The notes under the pieces: model-generated | Told to the model about the DNA's origin: nothing | Database searches by the model: none | Seen by the model: only the letters and a program-made list of their open reading frames with translations | Part shown: positions 39,919-52,048 of the stretch, piece after piece | Numbering within the stretch: position 1 is the stretch's first letter | Layout of the letters: each line of letters opens with the position of its first letter | Translations under genes and position numbers: made by a program | Assembly (NCBI GenBank): GCA_964615625.1 | Contig: CAZTQT010000004.1 | Span: 2,728 to 66,727, forward strand | Reading direction: 5' to 3' | Origin: an uncultured Candidatus Saccharibacteria bacterium | Lineage (GTDB): Bacteria; Patescibacteriota; WWE3; UBA101185; UBA10185 | Length of the DNA: 64,000 nt

Positions 39919-41103
39919 ATGGATAAAAAAACAGATCTCAAAAAAAAGAAGGGTAGTAAGTCCTTATTTACTGTGATGATCTTATTATTAGGTTTTGGTT
40001 TGATAATGATAGCTAATGCTACATCTGTCTCTTCTTCAAATCTTTATGGTAGTCCATATAGATTTGCAATCTTGCAATTAGGATGGGTAGTTGCAGGATT
40101 ATTTTGTTTTATTATTTTTTATAATCTTGATTACAAAAAAATTTCAAAAGTTTCACGAGGATTATTTATATTTACTTTAATATCCTTGGTAATTTTGGCT
40201 ATAGCAGGTGTTGCACCATGCTCTTCTTCTAAAAGTTTTGCTCCATGCATAAATGGTGCCAATAGGTGGTTATACATTAACCCACCACCCTTGCCAGAAA
40301 TACCGTTTCTTGGTGTAATTGGTTTCCAACCAGGAGAGTTGGCTAAATTAGCTATAGTTTTATATCTGTCTTCTCAGCTAAGTCTTGTATCTCAAAAAGG
40401 TGGGAGAAAATCAGAAAAGCAAAAGGAATCCCTAGTGACTTATCTGAAAATATCGGTTTTAATGGCTGGACTTATAATTTTGCAACCTAACATGTCTACA
40501 GCAACACTTGTTTTTGTCCTTGGAACAATAGTTTATTTTGTATCAGGTGCGCCAATAAAACCCATCATAGGTATTTTTATGGGAGCTTTTATTTTGGGAA
40601 TCCTATTTATGGTTTCTTCTAAATATAGATTAGAAAGATTAAAGGCGATGTTACCAGGGAGTGGTGGTAGTGAGTCTAGTTATCACGTAAATCAGGCTTT
40701 AGTGGCTTTAGGATCTGGAGGTATTTTAGGAGTTGGGTTTGGGCAATCAAAACAAAAGTATCAATATTTGCCAGAAGTCGCATCTGATTCAATATTTGCA
40801 ATTATAGGAGAGGAGTTTGGTTTTGTAGGAACGCTTACAGTTATAATTTTATACTCTTATTTAATTTACATGGGTTTCAAAATAGCGGATAACTCCGAAG
40901 ATATGCTTGGAAAACTTATTGCTATAGGTATCAGTTCTTGGTTTAGTATTCAGTTTTTTATAAATGTTGCCTCAATGACAAAAATAATACCAATGACAGG
41001 TGTTCCCATACCACTCATATCTTACGGAGGCTCCTCTATGATTTTTAGTTTGATAGGTTTGGGAATATTGGCCAACATTCAAAAACAATCTGAATTGTAT
41101 TAA
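39919..41103 (+). CDS. ftsW: SEDS peptidoglycan polymerase FtsW
   Basis: GANRW, QPGELAK, LPEVASD, GEEFG, PLISYGGSS. Confidence 0.92.
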   Translation: MDKKTDLKKKKGSKSLFTVMILLLGFGLIMIANATSVSSSNLYGSPYRFAILQLGWVVAGLFCFIIFYNLDYKKISKVSRGLFIFTLISLVILAIAGVAPCSSSKSFAPCINGANRWLYINPPPLPEIPFLGVIGFQPGELAKLAIVLYLSSQLSLVSQKGGRKSEKQKESLVTYLKISVLMAGLIILQPNMSTATLVFVLGTIVYFVSGAPIKPIIGIFMGAFILGILFMVSSKYRLERLKAMLPGSGGSESSYHVNQALVALGSGGILGVGFGQSKQKYQYLPEVASDSIFAIIGEEFGFVGTLTVIILYSYLIYMGFKIADNSEDMLGKLIAIGISSWFSIQFFINVASMTKIIPMTGVPIPLISYGGSSMIFSLIGLGILANIQKQSELY

Positions 41104-41112
41104 AATAAGGTA

Positions 41113-42219
41113 ATGAAAGTTGTAATAACAGGTGGACACCACAGCTCAGCATTACCTGTGATAAAAGAGTTAAAGGACAGGGTTCCAGATGTTGAAATAC
41201 TCTGGATGGGTCACAAACATTCAATGAAGAATGATGTTAATCCTACACTGGAGTACTTGGAAATCACAAAATTAGGAATTCCTTTTTTTAATCTTAAAGC
41301 TGGGAAATTATATAAAACTTACGATATTACAAGATTATTAAAGATTCCGTTTGGATTTTTTCAGGCTTTATTTTTTTTATTAAGAAAACGCCCAAACATA
41401 ATAGTTTCATTTGGAGGTTACTTAGCTGCCCCGGTGGTTATTGCTGGGTATTTACTTGGTATACCGTCCGTAACTCATGAACAAACTGCTGTTGCTGGGT
41501 ATTCAAACAGGTTGATATCAAAATTTGCAAAAGTAATCATGGTATCTTGGAGAAAATCAGAAAAGTACTTTCCAAAAGATAAAACTGTTTTTACAGGCAT
41601 ACCTCTCAGGGAAGATATTTTCAATGTTAAATCAAATTCTTTTAATATTAATAAGGAGTTACCAACTATATATATTTCTGCTGGTAAAACTGGGTCACAT
41701 CTGATAAACGACATCATTAAAGATTCTTTAGAGAGCCTCTTATCTATTTGTAATGTTATACATCAGTGCGGTGATAACTCTGTTTATAATGATTTTGGTA
41801 TATTAGAGGCCAAATACGAAGATATAAAGAATGAATCAAGTGGTAAGTATAATTTAAGAAAATTTGTTTTTGATGATGAGATAGGAGAAGCGTATTCAGA
41901 AGCGGATCTTATTGTTTCAAGATCGGGAGCTCACACAATATCTGAAATTATATCTCTTGAGAAACCAGCTATACTTATCCCCATACCATGGGTTTCACAT
42001 AATGAGCAATTTGTTAATGCTGACATGGTCAGAGAAGCAGGGCTCGCAGAGATAGTAGAACAAAAAAACTTAACCCCCAGTCTTTTAGTTGAAAAAATTA
42101 AGCACTGTCTGTCTAATATAAGTTTGTATAAATTAAAGAATAAAGAGGACTTTAAATTTTTAAAGAAGAACTCTGCAGGTTTGATAGTTGATGAAATTAT
42201 TAAATTCTCAAAAAAATAA
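41113..42219 (+). CDS. murG: MurG family glycosyltransferase (GT28)
   Basis: TGGH, FGGY, HEQ, SRSGAHTISE, EQFVNA. Confidence 0.88.
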   Translation: MKVVITGGHHSSALPVIKELKDRVPDVEILWMGHKHSMKNDVNPTLEYLEITKLGIPFFNLKAGKLYKTYDITRLLKIPFGFFQALFFLLRKRPNIIVSFGGYLAAPVVIAGYLLGIPSVTHEQTAVAGYSNRLISKFAKVIMVSWRKSEKYFPKDKTVFTGIPLREDIFNVKSNSFNINKELPTIYISAGKTGSHLINDIIKDSLESLLSICNVIHQCGDNSVYNDFGILEAKYEDIKNESSGKYNLRKFVFDDEIGEAYSEADLIVSRSGAHTISEIISLEKPAILIPIPWVSHNEQFVNADMVREAGLAEIVEQKNLTPSLLVEKIKHCLSNISLYKLKNKEDFKFLKKNSAGLIVDEIIKFSKK

Positions 42220-43075
42220 ATTTAAAAAAGAAAGTAATAGTTATAGAAGAATACATGCAGGTAGTTTTTCTGATAATAAATCTACAAGAGAAAGTCAGTT
42301 ATTGTTGAAGCGTATAAATGAGAGAAAAAGAAACATAATAACCCCAAGAAAAATTCTTAGAAAAAAGCAGGGTTTATTTGGAAAGATAGTGATATTTTTA
42401 ATTTTTATTTCTGTAGTAGTATTTTTAATCATAAAATTTGATGTCCCAGGTTATTTTAAAATTTCTTCCATCAACATAGAAGGAGTAGGGAAATTTGTCA
42501 GCTACGATGATGTTAGAAGTGTTGTCAGTAGTTCTGTTTTAGAAAAATACATTTTTTCTGTTGATGAAATTTCTGTGGCTGAAAACATCAAAAAAAGTTT
42601 TTTAGGTGCAAAAAATGTAAATGTGAGTAGAAACTATCCTCACTCAATTGATGTATTGGTGGAAGAAAGAGTACCCTTAGCGGTAGCATATAACGATGAT
42701 GGTGAGGGTTTTTTAATTGATTCAGAGGGTTTTGTTTTAGGTGTTGTAGATAAAAGTGTTTTTGATTTGCCAAAAATAAAATATGAGGGTCCAATTATGG
42801 TTGGTACTTTCTTAGAAAAAGATATTATCCCAGTAAGCATAGAAATAATAGAATTTGCTGAAAAAGAAGATTTAAAAATTAGTAGTATGAGTTTTAAACC
42901 TACTTCAACACATTTATTTGTTGGAAAAGGTATTGAGGTTTTTATGGGTTATGATAAAGAAGTTGAGCAAGCTCTTAGAACTATAAAAGCTCTTATTAAA
43001 AAATCTGATGTTGAAGGTAAATTACTCAAAAAAATTGATTTGAGGTATGATAAAGTAATAGTATTATATGATTAA
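42188..43075 (+). CDS. ftsQ: Cell division protein FtsQ/DivIB
   Basis: TM, POTRA (RNYPHSIDVLVEER), C-terminal IDLRY. Confidence 0.85.
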   Translation: MMKLLNSQKNKFKKESNSYRRIHAGSFSDNKSTRESQLLLKRINERKRNIITPRKILRKKQGLFGKIVIFLIFISVVVFLIIKFDVPGYFKISSINIEGVGKFVSYDDVRSVVSSSVLEKYIFSVDEISVAENIKKSFLGAKNVNVSRNYPHSIDVLVEERVPLAVAYNDDGEGFLIDSEGFVLGVVDKSVFDLPKIKYEGPIMVGTFLEKDIIPVSIEIIEFAEKEDLKISSMSFKPTSTHLFVGKGIEVFMGYDKEVEQALRTIKALIKKSDVEGKLLKKIDLRYDKVIVLYD

Positions 43076-43092
43076 GTTCCATATAAAAATTT

Positions 43093-44346
43093 ATGTCTAG
43101 AGAGAAAATTATCACAGGGATTGATATAGGATCTACTAAAGTTAGTACGGTCGTTGCCTCTGTATCAGAAAACAGGGTTTCTGTAATAGGAGTATCTGGG
43201 AATGTTCCATCAAAGGGTATAAATAAGGGTAATGTTGTAGATATAGATAGCTCTGTTGAGGCCATATCACAAAGTATAGAAAAAGCTGAAAGAATGGCTG
43301 GGGTTTCAATTTCAAATGCTTTTGTCACAATAAATGGAAGTCATATAGAAAATCTTAATTCCCATGGAGTGGTTGCGGTTGCTCCAAATGATACATCAGA
43401 TATCACAAAAGAGGATGTTGCTCGTGTTATAGAAGCGGCCCAAGCTGTCTCATTACCCTCTACAAGGGAGATAATACACGTCATACCAAGAGATTTTGTG
43501 GTTAATTCCCAAGAAGGTATAAAAGATCCGGTGGGTATGTCTGGAGTTAGATTAGAGGTTGAGACAAATGTTATACACGGTTCCTCTACTGCTATGAAGA
43601 ATATTGCAAAATGTGTAAATAAAGTAGCTATTGATGTAGATGAACTTGTTTACAATGGTTTAGCATCGGCGGAAGCTGTTTTGACAGATACCGAAAAGGA
43701 ATTGGGTACACTTCTAGTTGATATAGGAGGTGGTACTACATCTATATCCGCATTTTTGGATGGTAGTCCTATTCATTCTGTTGTTTTACCAATCGGTGGA
43801 AAGTTGATAACAAGCGATCTTGCCATAGGTTTAAGATCAAGGTTAGAAGATGCAGAAAAAATAAAGATAAGATTAAGCAATGAAGCTCTTATCTCAAAAG
43901 CAGATATTCATGATGATAGTGAAGATTTTGATGTTTCAGAATTTGACCTTGATGTTGAGAGAGTTCCTAGAATAATGCTTTATAAAATAATAAATGCCAG
44001 GTTAGAGGAAATATTTAGATTAATAGCTTTGGAAATAACTAGAGCAGGGTTGAGCGGTAAGCTTCCAGCGGGAGTTGTTATAACCGGAGGTGGTGCACTA
44101 ACAGCTGGAGTTGAGAAAAGTGCAAAGGTTAATCTTAAAATGCCCGTCAGGATAGGTGTTCCAAAAGGAGTAACTGGTCTTATAGATGACATCAAGGGGC
44201 CTGATTCAGCAGCTGCGGTTGGTGCTGTGTTGTATGGGGTAAAATTGTATAGAGGTAGTAATCTATTGTCATTTGATAATAAAAACGGTAGTATAAGGAA
44301 AGGAGCTTCTAAGATATTTGATAAGCTCAAGTCACTTTTGCCCTGA
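43093..44346 (+). CDS. ftsA: Cell division protein FtsA
   Basis: GIDIGSTK, DPVGMSGVRLE, VDIGGGTT, ITGGGA. Confidence 0.96.
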   Translation: MSREKIITGIDIGSTKVSTVVASVSENRVSVIGVSGNVPSKGINKGNVVDIDSSVEAISQSIEKAERMAGVSISNAFVTINGSHIENLNSHGVVAVAPNDTSDITKEDVARVIEAAQAVSLPSTREIIHVIPRDFVVNSQEGIKDPVGMSGVRLEVETNVIHGSSTAMKNIAKCVNKVAIDVDELVYNGLASAEAVLTDTEKELGTLLVDIGGGTTSISAFLDGSPIHSVVLPIGGKLITSDLAIGLRSRLEDAEKIKIRLSNEALISKADIHDDSEDFDVSEFDLDVERVPRIMLYKIINARLEEIFRLIALEITRAGLSGKLPAGVVITGGGALTAGVEKSAKVNLKMPVRIGVPKGVTGLIDDIKGPDSAAAVGAVLYGVKLYRGSNLLSFDNKNGSIRKGASKIFDKLKSLLP

Positions 44347-44393
44347 TAATAATTTAGGAATTCAATTTAATTTCTGCCCAAAAAATAATTTAA

Positions 44394-45548
44394 ATGCATG
44401 TAAAGCCTGAAGTTGAAAATTTTGCTAAGATAAAAGTTTTGGGTATAGGCGGAGCCGGTGGTAATGTTATAAATTCCATGATAGAGTCCGGTCAAATAAC
44501 AGGTGTGGAATTTATAGCTGTCAATACAGACGCCCAGGATCTTTCAGTAAATAAGGCAGTAATGAAGCTTCCTATTGGTCAGGAAATAACTCACGGTCTT
44601 GGTTCTGGAGCGAATCCGGAAATTGGGAGAAAAGCTGCTGAGGAATCATCAGATATTATAAAGGAACATGTAGAGGGAGCTGATATGGTTTTTATTACAG
44701 CAGGTATGGGCGGTGGTACAGGGACAGGTGCATCTCCAGTTATTGCCAGAATAGCAAAGGAAGCTGGAGCTTTAACAATAGGTGTTGTTACAAAACCGTT
44801 TCCATTTGAAGGCGCTTTAAGAATGAAAAATTCAGAAATTGGTATTTCTGAGCTTAGAGATGAGGTTGATGCTTTAATAACTATTCCAAATCAAAGACTC
44901 TTAGAGGTCGCTGATGAAAATACATCAGTTGTAGAGGCTTTTAAACTTTCTGATAGTGTTTTAAATCAAGGTGTGCAAGGCATATCAGATTTGATAGTTA
45001 TGCCTGGACTTATAAACGTTGATTTTGCCGACGTTAAAACTATTATGAAAGATGCTGGTACAGCTCTTATGGGTATAGGGATAGGTGCTGGGGAAGACAG
45101 GGCAGAGGTTGCTGCAAAGGCTGCAATATCATCACCATTATTGGAACAATCTGTAGAAGATGCTAAAGGGATATTGTTCAATGTGATAGGTGGCTCAGAT
45201 TTGACAATGAAAGAAGTTGATAAGGCAGCTAATATAATAAGAAACATAGCAAATGATGATGCAAATATAATATTTGGTACAACAGTTGATCAAAGATTAT
45301 CTGGTCAAGTGAAGATAACTGTTATAGCTACAGGTTTTGACGTTAAGCAAGATGATTTAGGTTTTAATTTTGTTGAAAGACCTGTCATCAGACATTCAAC
45401 TCCTATGGAAGATAATGTTCCTACGGATAATAATGACGAACCTAAAGCAAACCCTTCTGAAAAACCAAAAGATCTTTTTAAACCCGAGGACTTTGAAGGA
45501 GATTTTGAAAACAAATACGACATCCCAGCATTTTTAAGAGGAAAATAA
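44394..45548 (+). CDS. ftsZ: Cell division protein FtsZ
   Basis: GGAGGN, GMGGGTGTG, NVDFADV, DIPAFLR tail. Confidence 0.98.
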   Translation: MHVKPEVENFAKIKVLGIGGAGGNVINSMIESGQITGVEFIAVNTDAQDLSVNKAVMKLPIGQEITHGLGSGANPEIGRKAAEESSDIIKEHVEGADMVFITAGMGGGTGTGASPVIARIAKEAGALTIGVVTKPFPFEGALRMKNSEIGISELRDEVDALITIPNQRLLEVADENTSVVEAFKLSDSVLNQGVQGISDLIVMPGLINVDFADVKTIMKDAGTALMGIGIGAGEDRAEVAAKAAISSPLLEQSVEDAKGILFNVIGGSDLTMKEVDKAANIIRNIANDDANIIFGTTVDQRLSGQVKITVIATGFDVKQDDLGFNFVERPVIRHSTPMEDNVPTDNNDEPKANPSEKPKDLFKPEDFEGDFENKYDIPAFLRGK

Positions 45549-45836
45549 TTCCTTTATTTTTCCAATTTTATAATCTGTACTAGTAGCTGTCGTTATCTAT
45601 ATCATTTATGATTACTAAATTTTGCGCATATTACTATTTATATTGTTATAAATCCAGATATTATTTAAAAATTGGGCAAATAAAAGTTATCCTCCAATAC
45701 TCACTGCTTGGTATTAATAACTATTTATGGTTACATTTCCATAGGCAGTAATTTCCTTTAAAGTAGCAGTAAAAAATTTGTGAGTTAGTGACCTTTGTCT
45801 TAGGCAGCAGAGGTTTATAACCCACGGCAATTAATT

Positions 45837-48398
<2,562 letters not shown>

Positions 48399-48449
48399 TT
48401 GACTGATTTTTGATTTGGGGTATATTTGTGTCATTCCTGTCCCTAAAAT

Positions 48450-49001
48450 ATGTCTAAAATATATACAGGAAAGGGAGACCTTGGGTTTACCCTACTACCA
48501 AGAAGAAAAAATAAAATATCTAAATCCGATCTTGTGTTTGATGTTTTAGGAACATTTGATGAGCTTAACTCTTGTTTAGGTTTTTTACATTCTGCAAGAA
48601 TACCTGATATCAGGAAGGTTTCTGTAGAGGTGCAGAAGGATTTATTTAGCCTTGGTGCGCTAATTTCATTAGATGAAAAAATAACTGATGAAATAATACA
48701 AAAATGGGAAATTAGAATTAAGGAGCTTGAAGAGGTTATTGATTATTTTGATTCAAAAAATGACCCGTTACAAAACTTCATCTTGCCAGGAGGGTGTAGA
48801 GAGAGTAGCTTTTTTCACTTGAGTAGATCTGTGTGCAGAAGATTAGAAAGGTTAGTCGTTTATTATTTAAGAAGAAGCAGGGATAGAGGGTTTATATTAG
48901 TTTATCTTAATAGATTATCAGATTTATTATTTGTCTTAGCTAGGTATTCAAATAAAAAGCTTGGATTTGAAGATATTATTTGGAACAATAGACATTCGTG
49001 A
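48450..49001 (+). CDS. pduO: PduO-type ATP:cob(I)alamin adenosyltransferase
   Basis: KIYTGKGDLG, GTFDELNS, FILPGG, RSVCRRLER, YLNRLSDLLF. Confidence 0.9.
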   Translation: MSKIYTGKGDLGFTLLPRRKNKISKSDLVFDVLGTFDELNSCLGFLHSARIPDIRKVSVEVQKDLFSLGALISLDEKITDEIIQKWEIRIKELEEVIDYFDSKNDPLQNFILPGGCRESSFFHLSRSVCRRLERLVVYYLRRSRDRGFILVYLNRLSDLLFVLARYSNKKLGFEDIIWNNRHS

Positions 49002-49174
49002 GGAAATACTATTTTCTATTAATTTTAATATTTGTATTGCTTATAGCTTTGTTGTACGTTTTAGTTATGGGATCTATAAAGACAGATACATATTTCCCAG
49101 AAAGCGTTGATAGAGTAGTAAGTTTAATCATATAGTTAGTGTAGTTGTGGTGTTTTTAATGTAATATTTTAATT

Positions 49175-52027
49175 ATGTCCTTTAAGTTACCTGAAAAAAA
49201 ATCAATACCAGAGTTAGAAAGTGATGTTCTAAATTTTTGGAAGAAAGAAAAAATATTTGAGAAATCTTTAGAGAAGAATCCAAAGGATAATTTATACGTT
49301 TTTTATGATGGGCCACCTTTTATATCTGGTTTACCACATTACGGGCACCTGTTAGTTTCAGTAGCAAAAGATGTTTTGCCAAGATATTGGACAATGAAAG
49401 GCAAAAGAGTAGATAGAGTTTGGGGTTGGGATGCTCATGGTTTAACAGTAGAAAATAGAGTTCAAGAAGAACTTAATATTCCTGGGAGAAGGGATATAGA
49501 AAAATATGGATTAGATAAGTTTACACAAGCTTGTTATGACTATACTTCTAAGGTTTCTGCTGAATGGGAATGGTATGTTGATAGAATAGGAAGATGGGTA
49601 GATTTTGAAAATGCTTATAGGACAACTAGCCAGACGTATATGGAGAGTGTTATGTGGGCGTTTAAGCAGATATACGATAAAGGTTTTATATATGAAGGTA
49701 TAAGAACCTCATTATATTGTCCTACATGCGGAACTCCTGTTTCTGACTTTGAAATAGCCATGGATAATTCTTACCGTGACGAAAACGACCCATCTATAAT
49801 AGTTAAATTTAAAGTAAAAACTCCGGGAAGGTTTGAAAATATTAGTATTCTGGTTTGGACAACTACCCCGTGGACATTGCCTTCTAACAGAGCTCTTGTA
49901 GTTTCCGAAAACGATGTTTATGTGAAAATAACTTATAATAATGAGAATTTTATTTTGGCCAAAGATAGGTTGGATTGGGTTTTTCCAGATAAAAATTACA
50001 CAATTGAAGATGAGTTTAACGGTAGTGACTTGCTAGGTTTAGAATATGAGCCTTTATTCAAATTTTTTGCAAAAAAGGAAGGTGAGTTCAAAGTTTATTC
50101 TTTTGACAACATGGTAACCATGGATGAAGGTACAGGGATTGTTCACAGTGCCCCAGGCTTTGGTGAGATAGATACTGAGATGGGTAAAAAATACGGTATT
50201 ACACTTATGATGACTTTAGATGATGAGGGAAAATTTATTGCTGGGGATTGGGAAGAAAATCCTTATCAAGGAATGTTTTATTTAAAAGCTAATCCCTTGA
50301 TTTTAGAAGATTTAAACCAAAGAAATGTTTTGTTTAGGAACGAAATGGCTGTTCACAGAGTTCCTTACCATGACAGATGCAATACTTTATTAGTTCAAAA
50401 GTCTCAAAGTTCTTGGTTTATAGATGCCCAAAGAATAAAAGATGAGCTGATTAAAAATAATCAAGATATAAACTGGGTTCCCGAGCATGTTAAGAATGGG
50501 ATATTTGAAAAAACTATAGAGCAGGCCCCTGATTGGTGCATATCAAGAAATAGGTTCTGGGCTACTCCTATGCCCGTTTGGGAATCTACAGATGGGGATA
50601 GAATAGTTGTATCTTCAATAAAAGAAATAGAAGATTTATCTGGTCAAAAAGTAGAGGATTTACACAGACCTTATATAGATGAAATAGTTTTGAAGAAAGA
50701 TGGAAAAGAATACAAGAGGAGACACGAGGTGTTGGATTCTTGGATGGAAGCTGGGTCAATGTCTTTTGCCCAAATCCACTACCCTTTTGAGAATCAAGAG
50801 AAGTTTGAGAGTAATTATCCAGGGGATTACATAGTTGAATATAAAGGTCAGGTTAGAGCTTGGTTCCAAAGAATGCATATTATTTCTACTTTACTTTTTA
50901 ACACCAGGTGTTTTAACAACGTTATTGTCACAGGTGTTTTAGCAGGAACAGATGGTAGAAAAATGAGTAAAACCTATAAAAATTACCCAGATCCAAAAGG
51001 CGTTATTGAGCAGTATGGTGGAGATGCTTTAAGACTTTACTTTATGGGATCACCACTTATGTTAGGTGAGAACGCTAATTTTGATGAAGTAGAGTTAAAA
51101 AATAAAGTGAGAAATGTTCTTAATCCGTTGTGGAATTCAGCCATGTTTTTCCTAATGTATGCTGAAAGCTGTGGTTGGGATAAGGAAAAATATGTTGTCT
51201 CAAATAATATTTTAGATAAATGGATATTAATCAGATTAAACCAAGTTATTAGTGATATCTCAAAAAATTTAGAAGCTTATAACATCCCTCCTGTTGTACG
51301 TTCTGTAGAAGAATTTGTTGATGATCTTTCTAGGTGGTATGTCAGAAGATCTAGGGACAGGATATCAAGCGGAGATAATGAAGCTCTCTCAACTCTATAT
51401 AAAGTTTTAGTAGAGTTTTCTAAAGCAGCTGCTCCCGTGATACCTTTTATTTCTGAAAGTATTTTTAAATCTTTAAGTAGCCAAGAAGATGGTATCTCCG
51501 TTCATTTATGTAATTACCCGTCTAATACTGAGATCACAGATATTGATAATAATATTTTAGAGAATATGAAAAAAGTAAGAGATATATCGTCCCAAGTTTT
51601 ATCTATTAGGGTAGAAAAAGGAGTTCCTGTGAGACAAGCTTTGGGAAATGTTGCTGTATTAAAGGAAAATTCTGTTCCAGAAGAATATTTTTCACTCATA
51701 CTTGAGGAAACGAATGTGAAAAATATTTTGGAAGTTAGTTCCCTTGACGAGAAAAGTTCTTGGGAATTAGATAGTTCTAACTTGGTTAGATTAGATATGG
51801 AAATAACTGAAGAGTTGTTGAAAGAGGGTAGGCTTAGAGAGTTTATAAGATCGGTTCAAGATTTAAGAAAAGAAGCTGGCCTTTCGGTGTCTGATAAAAT
51901 AATACTTACATACAAAAATGATCCAGAAATTATTGATGTAATTGAGACATTTAAGAAGGAAATTGAAACAAAACTTGTTGTGGAAAAAATGATACTAGGT
52001 GATGAAACAAAAGTAGAGAAGGTGTAA
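49175..52027 (+). CDS. ileS: Isoleucine--tRNA ligase, type 2
   Basis: DGPPF, GLPHYGH, WTTTPWT, DWCISRNR, KMSKT. Confidence 0.96.
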   Translation: MSFKLPEKKSIPELESDVLNFWKKEKIFEKSLEKNPKDNLYVFYDGPPFISGLPHYGHLLVSVAKDVLPRYWTMKGKRVDRVWGWDAHGLTVENRVQEELNIPGRRDIEKYGLDKFTQACYDYTSKVSAEWEWYVDRIGRWVDFENAYRTTSQTYMESVMWAFKQIYDKGFIYEGIRTSLYCPTCGTPVSDFEIAMDNSYRDENDPSIIVKFKVKTPGRFENISILVWTTTPWTLPSNRALVVSENDVYVKITYNNENFILAKDRLDWVFPDKNYTIEDEFNGSDLLGLEYEPLFKFFAKKEGEFKVYSFDNMVTMDEGTGIVHSAPGFGEIDTEMGKKYGITLMMTLDDEGKFIAGDWEENPYQGMFYLKANPLILEDLNQRNVLFRNEMAVHRVPYHDRCNTLLVQKSQSSWFIDAQRIKDELIKNNQDINWVPEHVKNGIFEKTIEQAPDWCISRNRFWATPMPVWESTDGDRIVVSSIKEIEDLSGQKVEDLHRPYIDEIVLKKDGKEYKRRHEVLDSWMEAGSMSFAQIHYPFENQEKFESNYPGDYIVEYKGQVRAWFQRMHIISTLLFNTRCFNNVIVTGVLAGTDGRKMSKTYKNYPDPKGVIEQYGGDALRLYFMGSPLMLGENANFDEVELKNKVRNVLNPLWNSAMFFLMYAESCGWDKEKYVVSNNILDKWILIRLNQVISDISKNLEAYNIPPVVRSVEEFVDDLSRWYVRRSRDRISSGDNEALSTLYKVLVEFSKAAAPVIPFISESIFKSLSSQEDGISVHLCNYPSNTEITDIDNNILENMKKVRDISSQVLSIRVEKGVPVRQALGNVAVLKENSVPEEYFSLILEETNVKNILEVSSLDEKSSWELDSSNLVRLDMEITEELLKEGRLREFIRSVQDLRKEAGLSVSDKIILTYKNDPEIIDVIETFKKEIETKLVVEKMILGDETKVEKV

Positions 52028-52048
52028 TTGTGTTAATATAAGTTATAT

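Noticed and set aside
45621-45648. dif-like sequence TTTGCGCATAT-TACTAT-TTATATTGTTA
   Set aside because: The XerD arm matches only about 6/11 and gene orientation does not switch here
45549-45836. Cobalamin riboswitch before nrdJ
   Set aside because: Core elements (GGGAA, GCCACTG, B12 box) not found
49002-49174. T-box leader before ileS
   Set aside because: No T-box consensus or terminator/antiterminator visible
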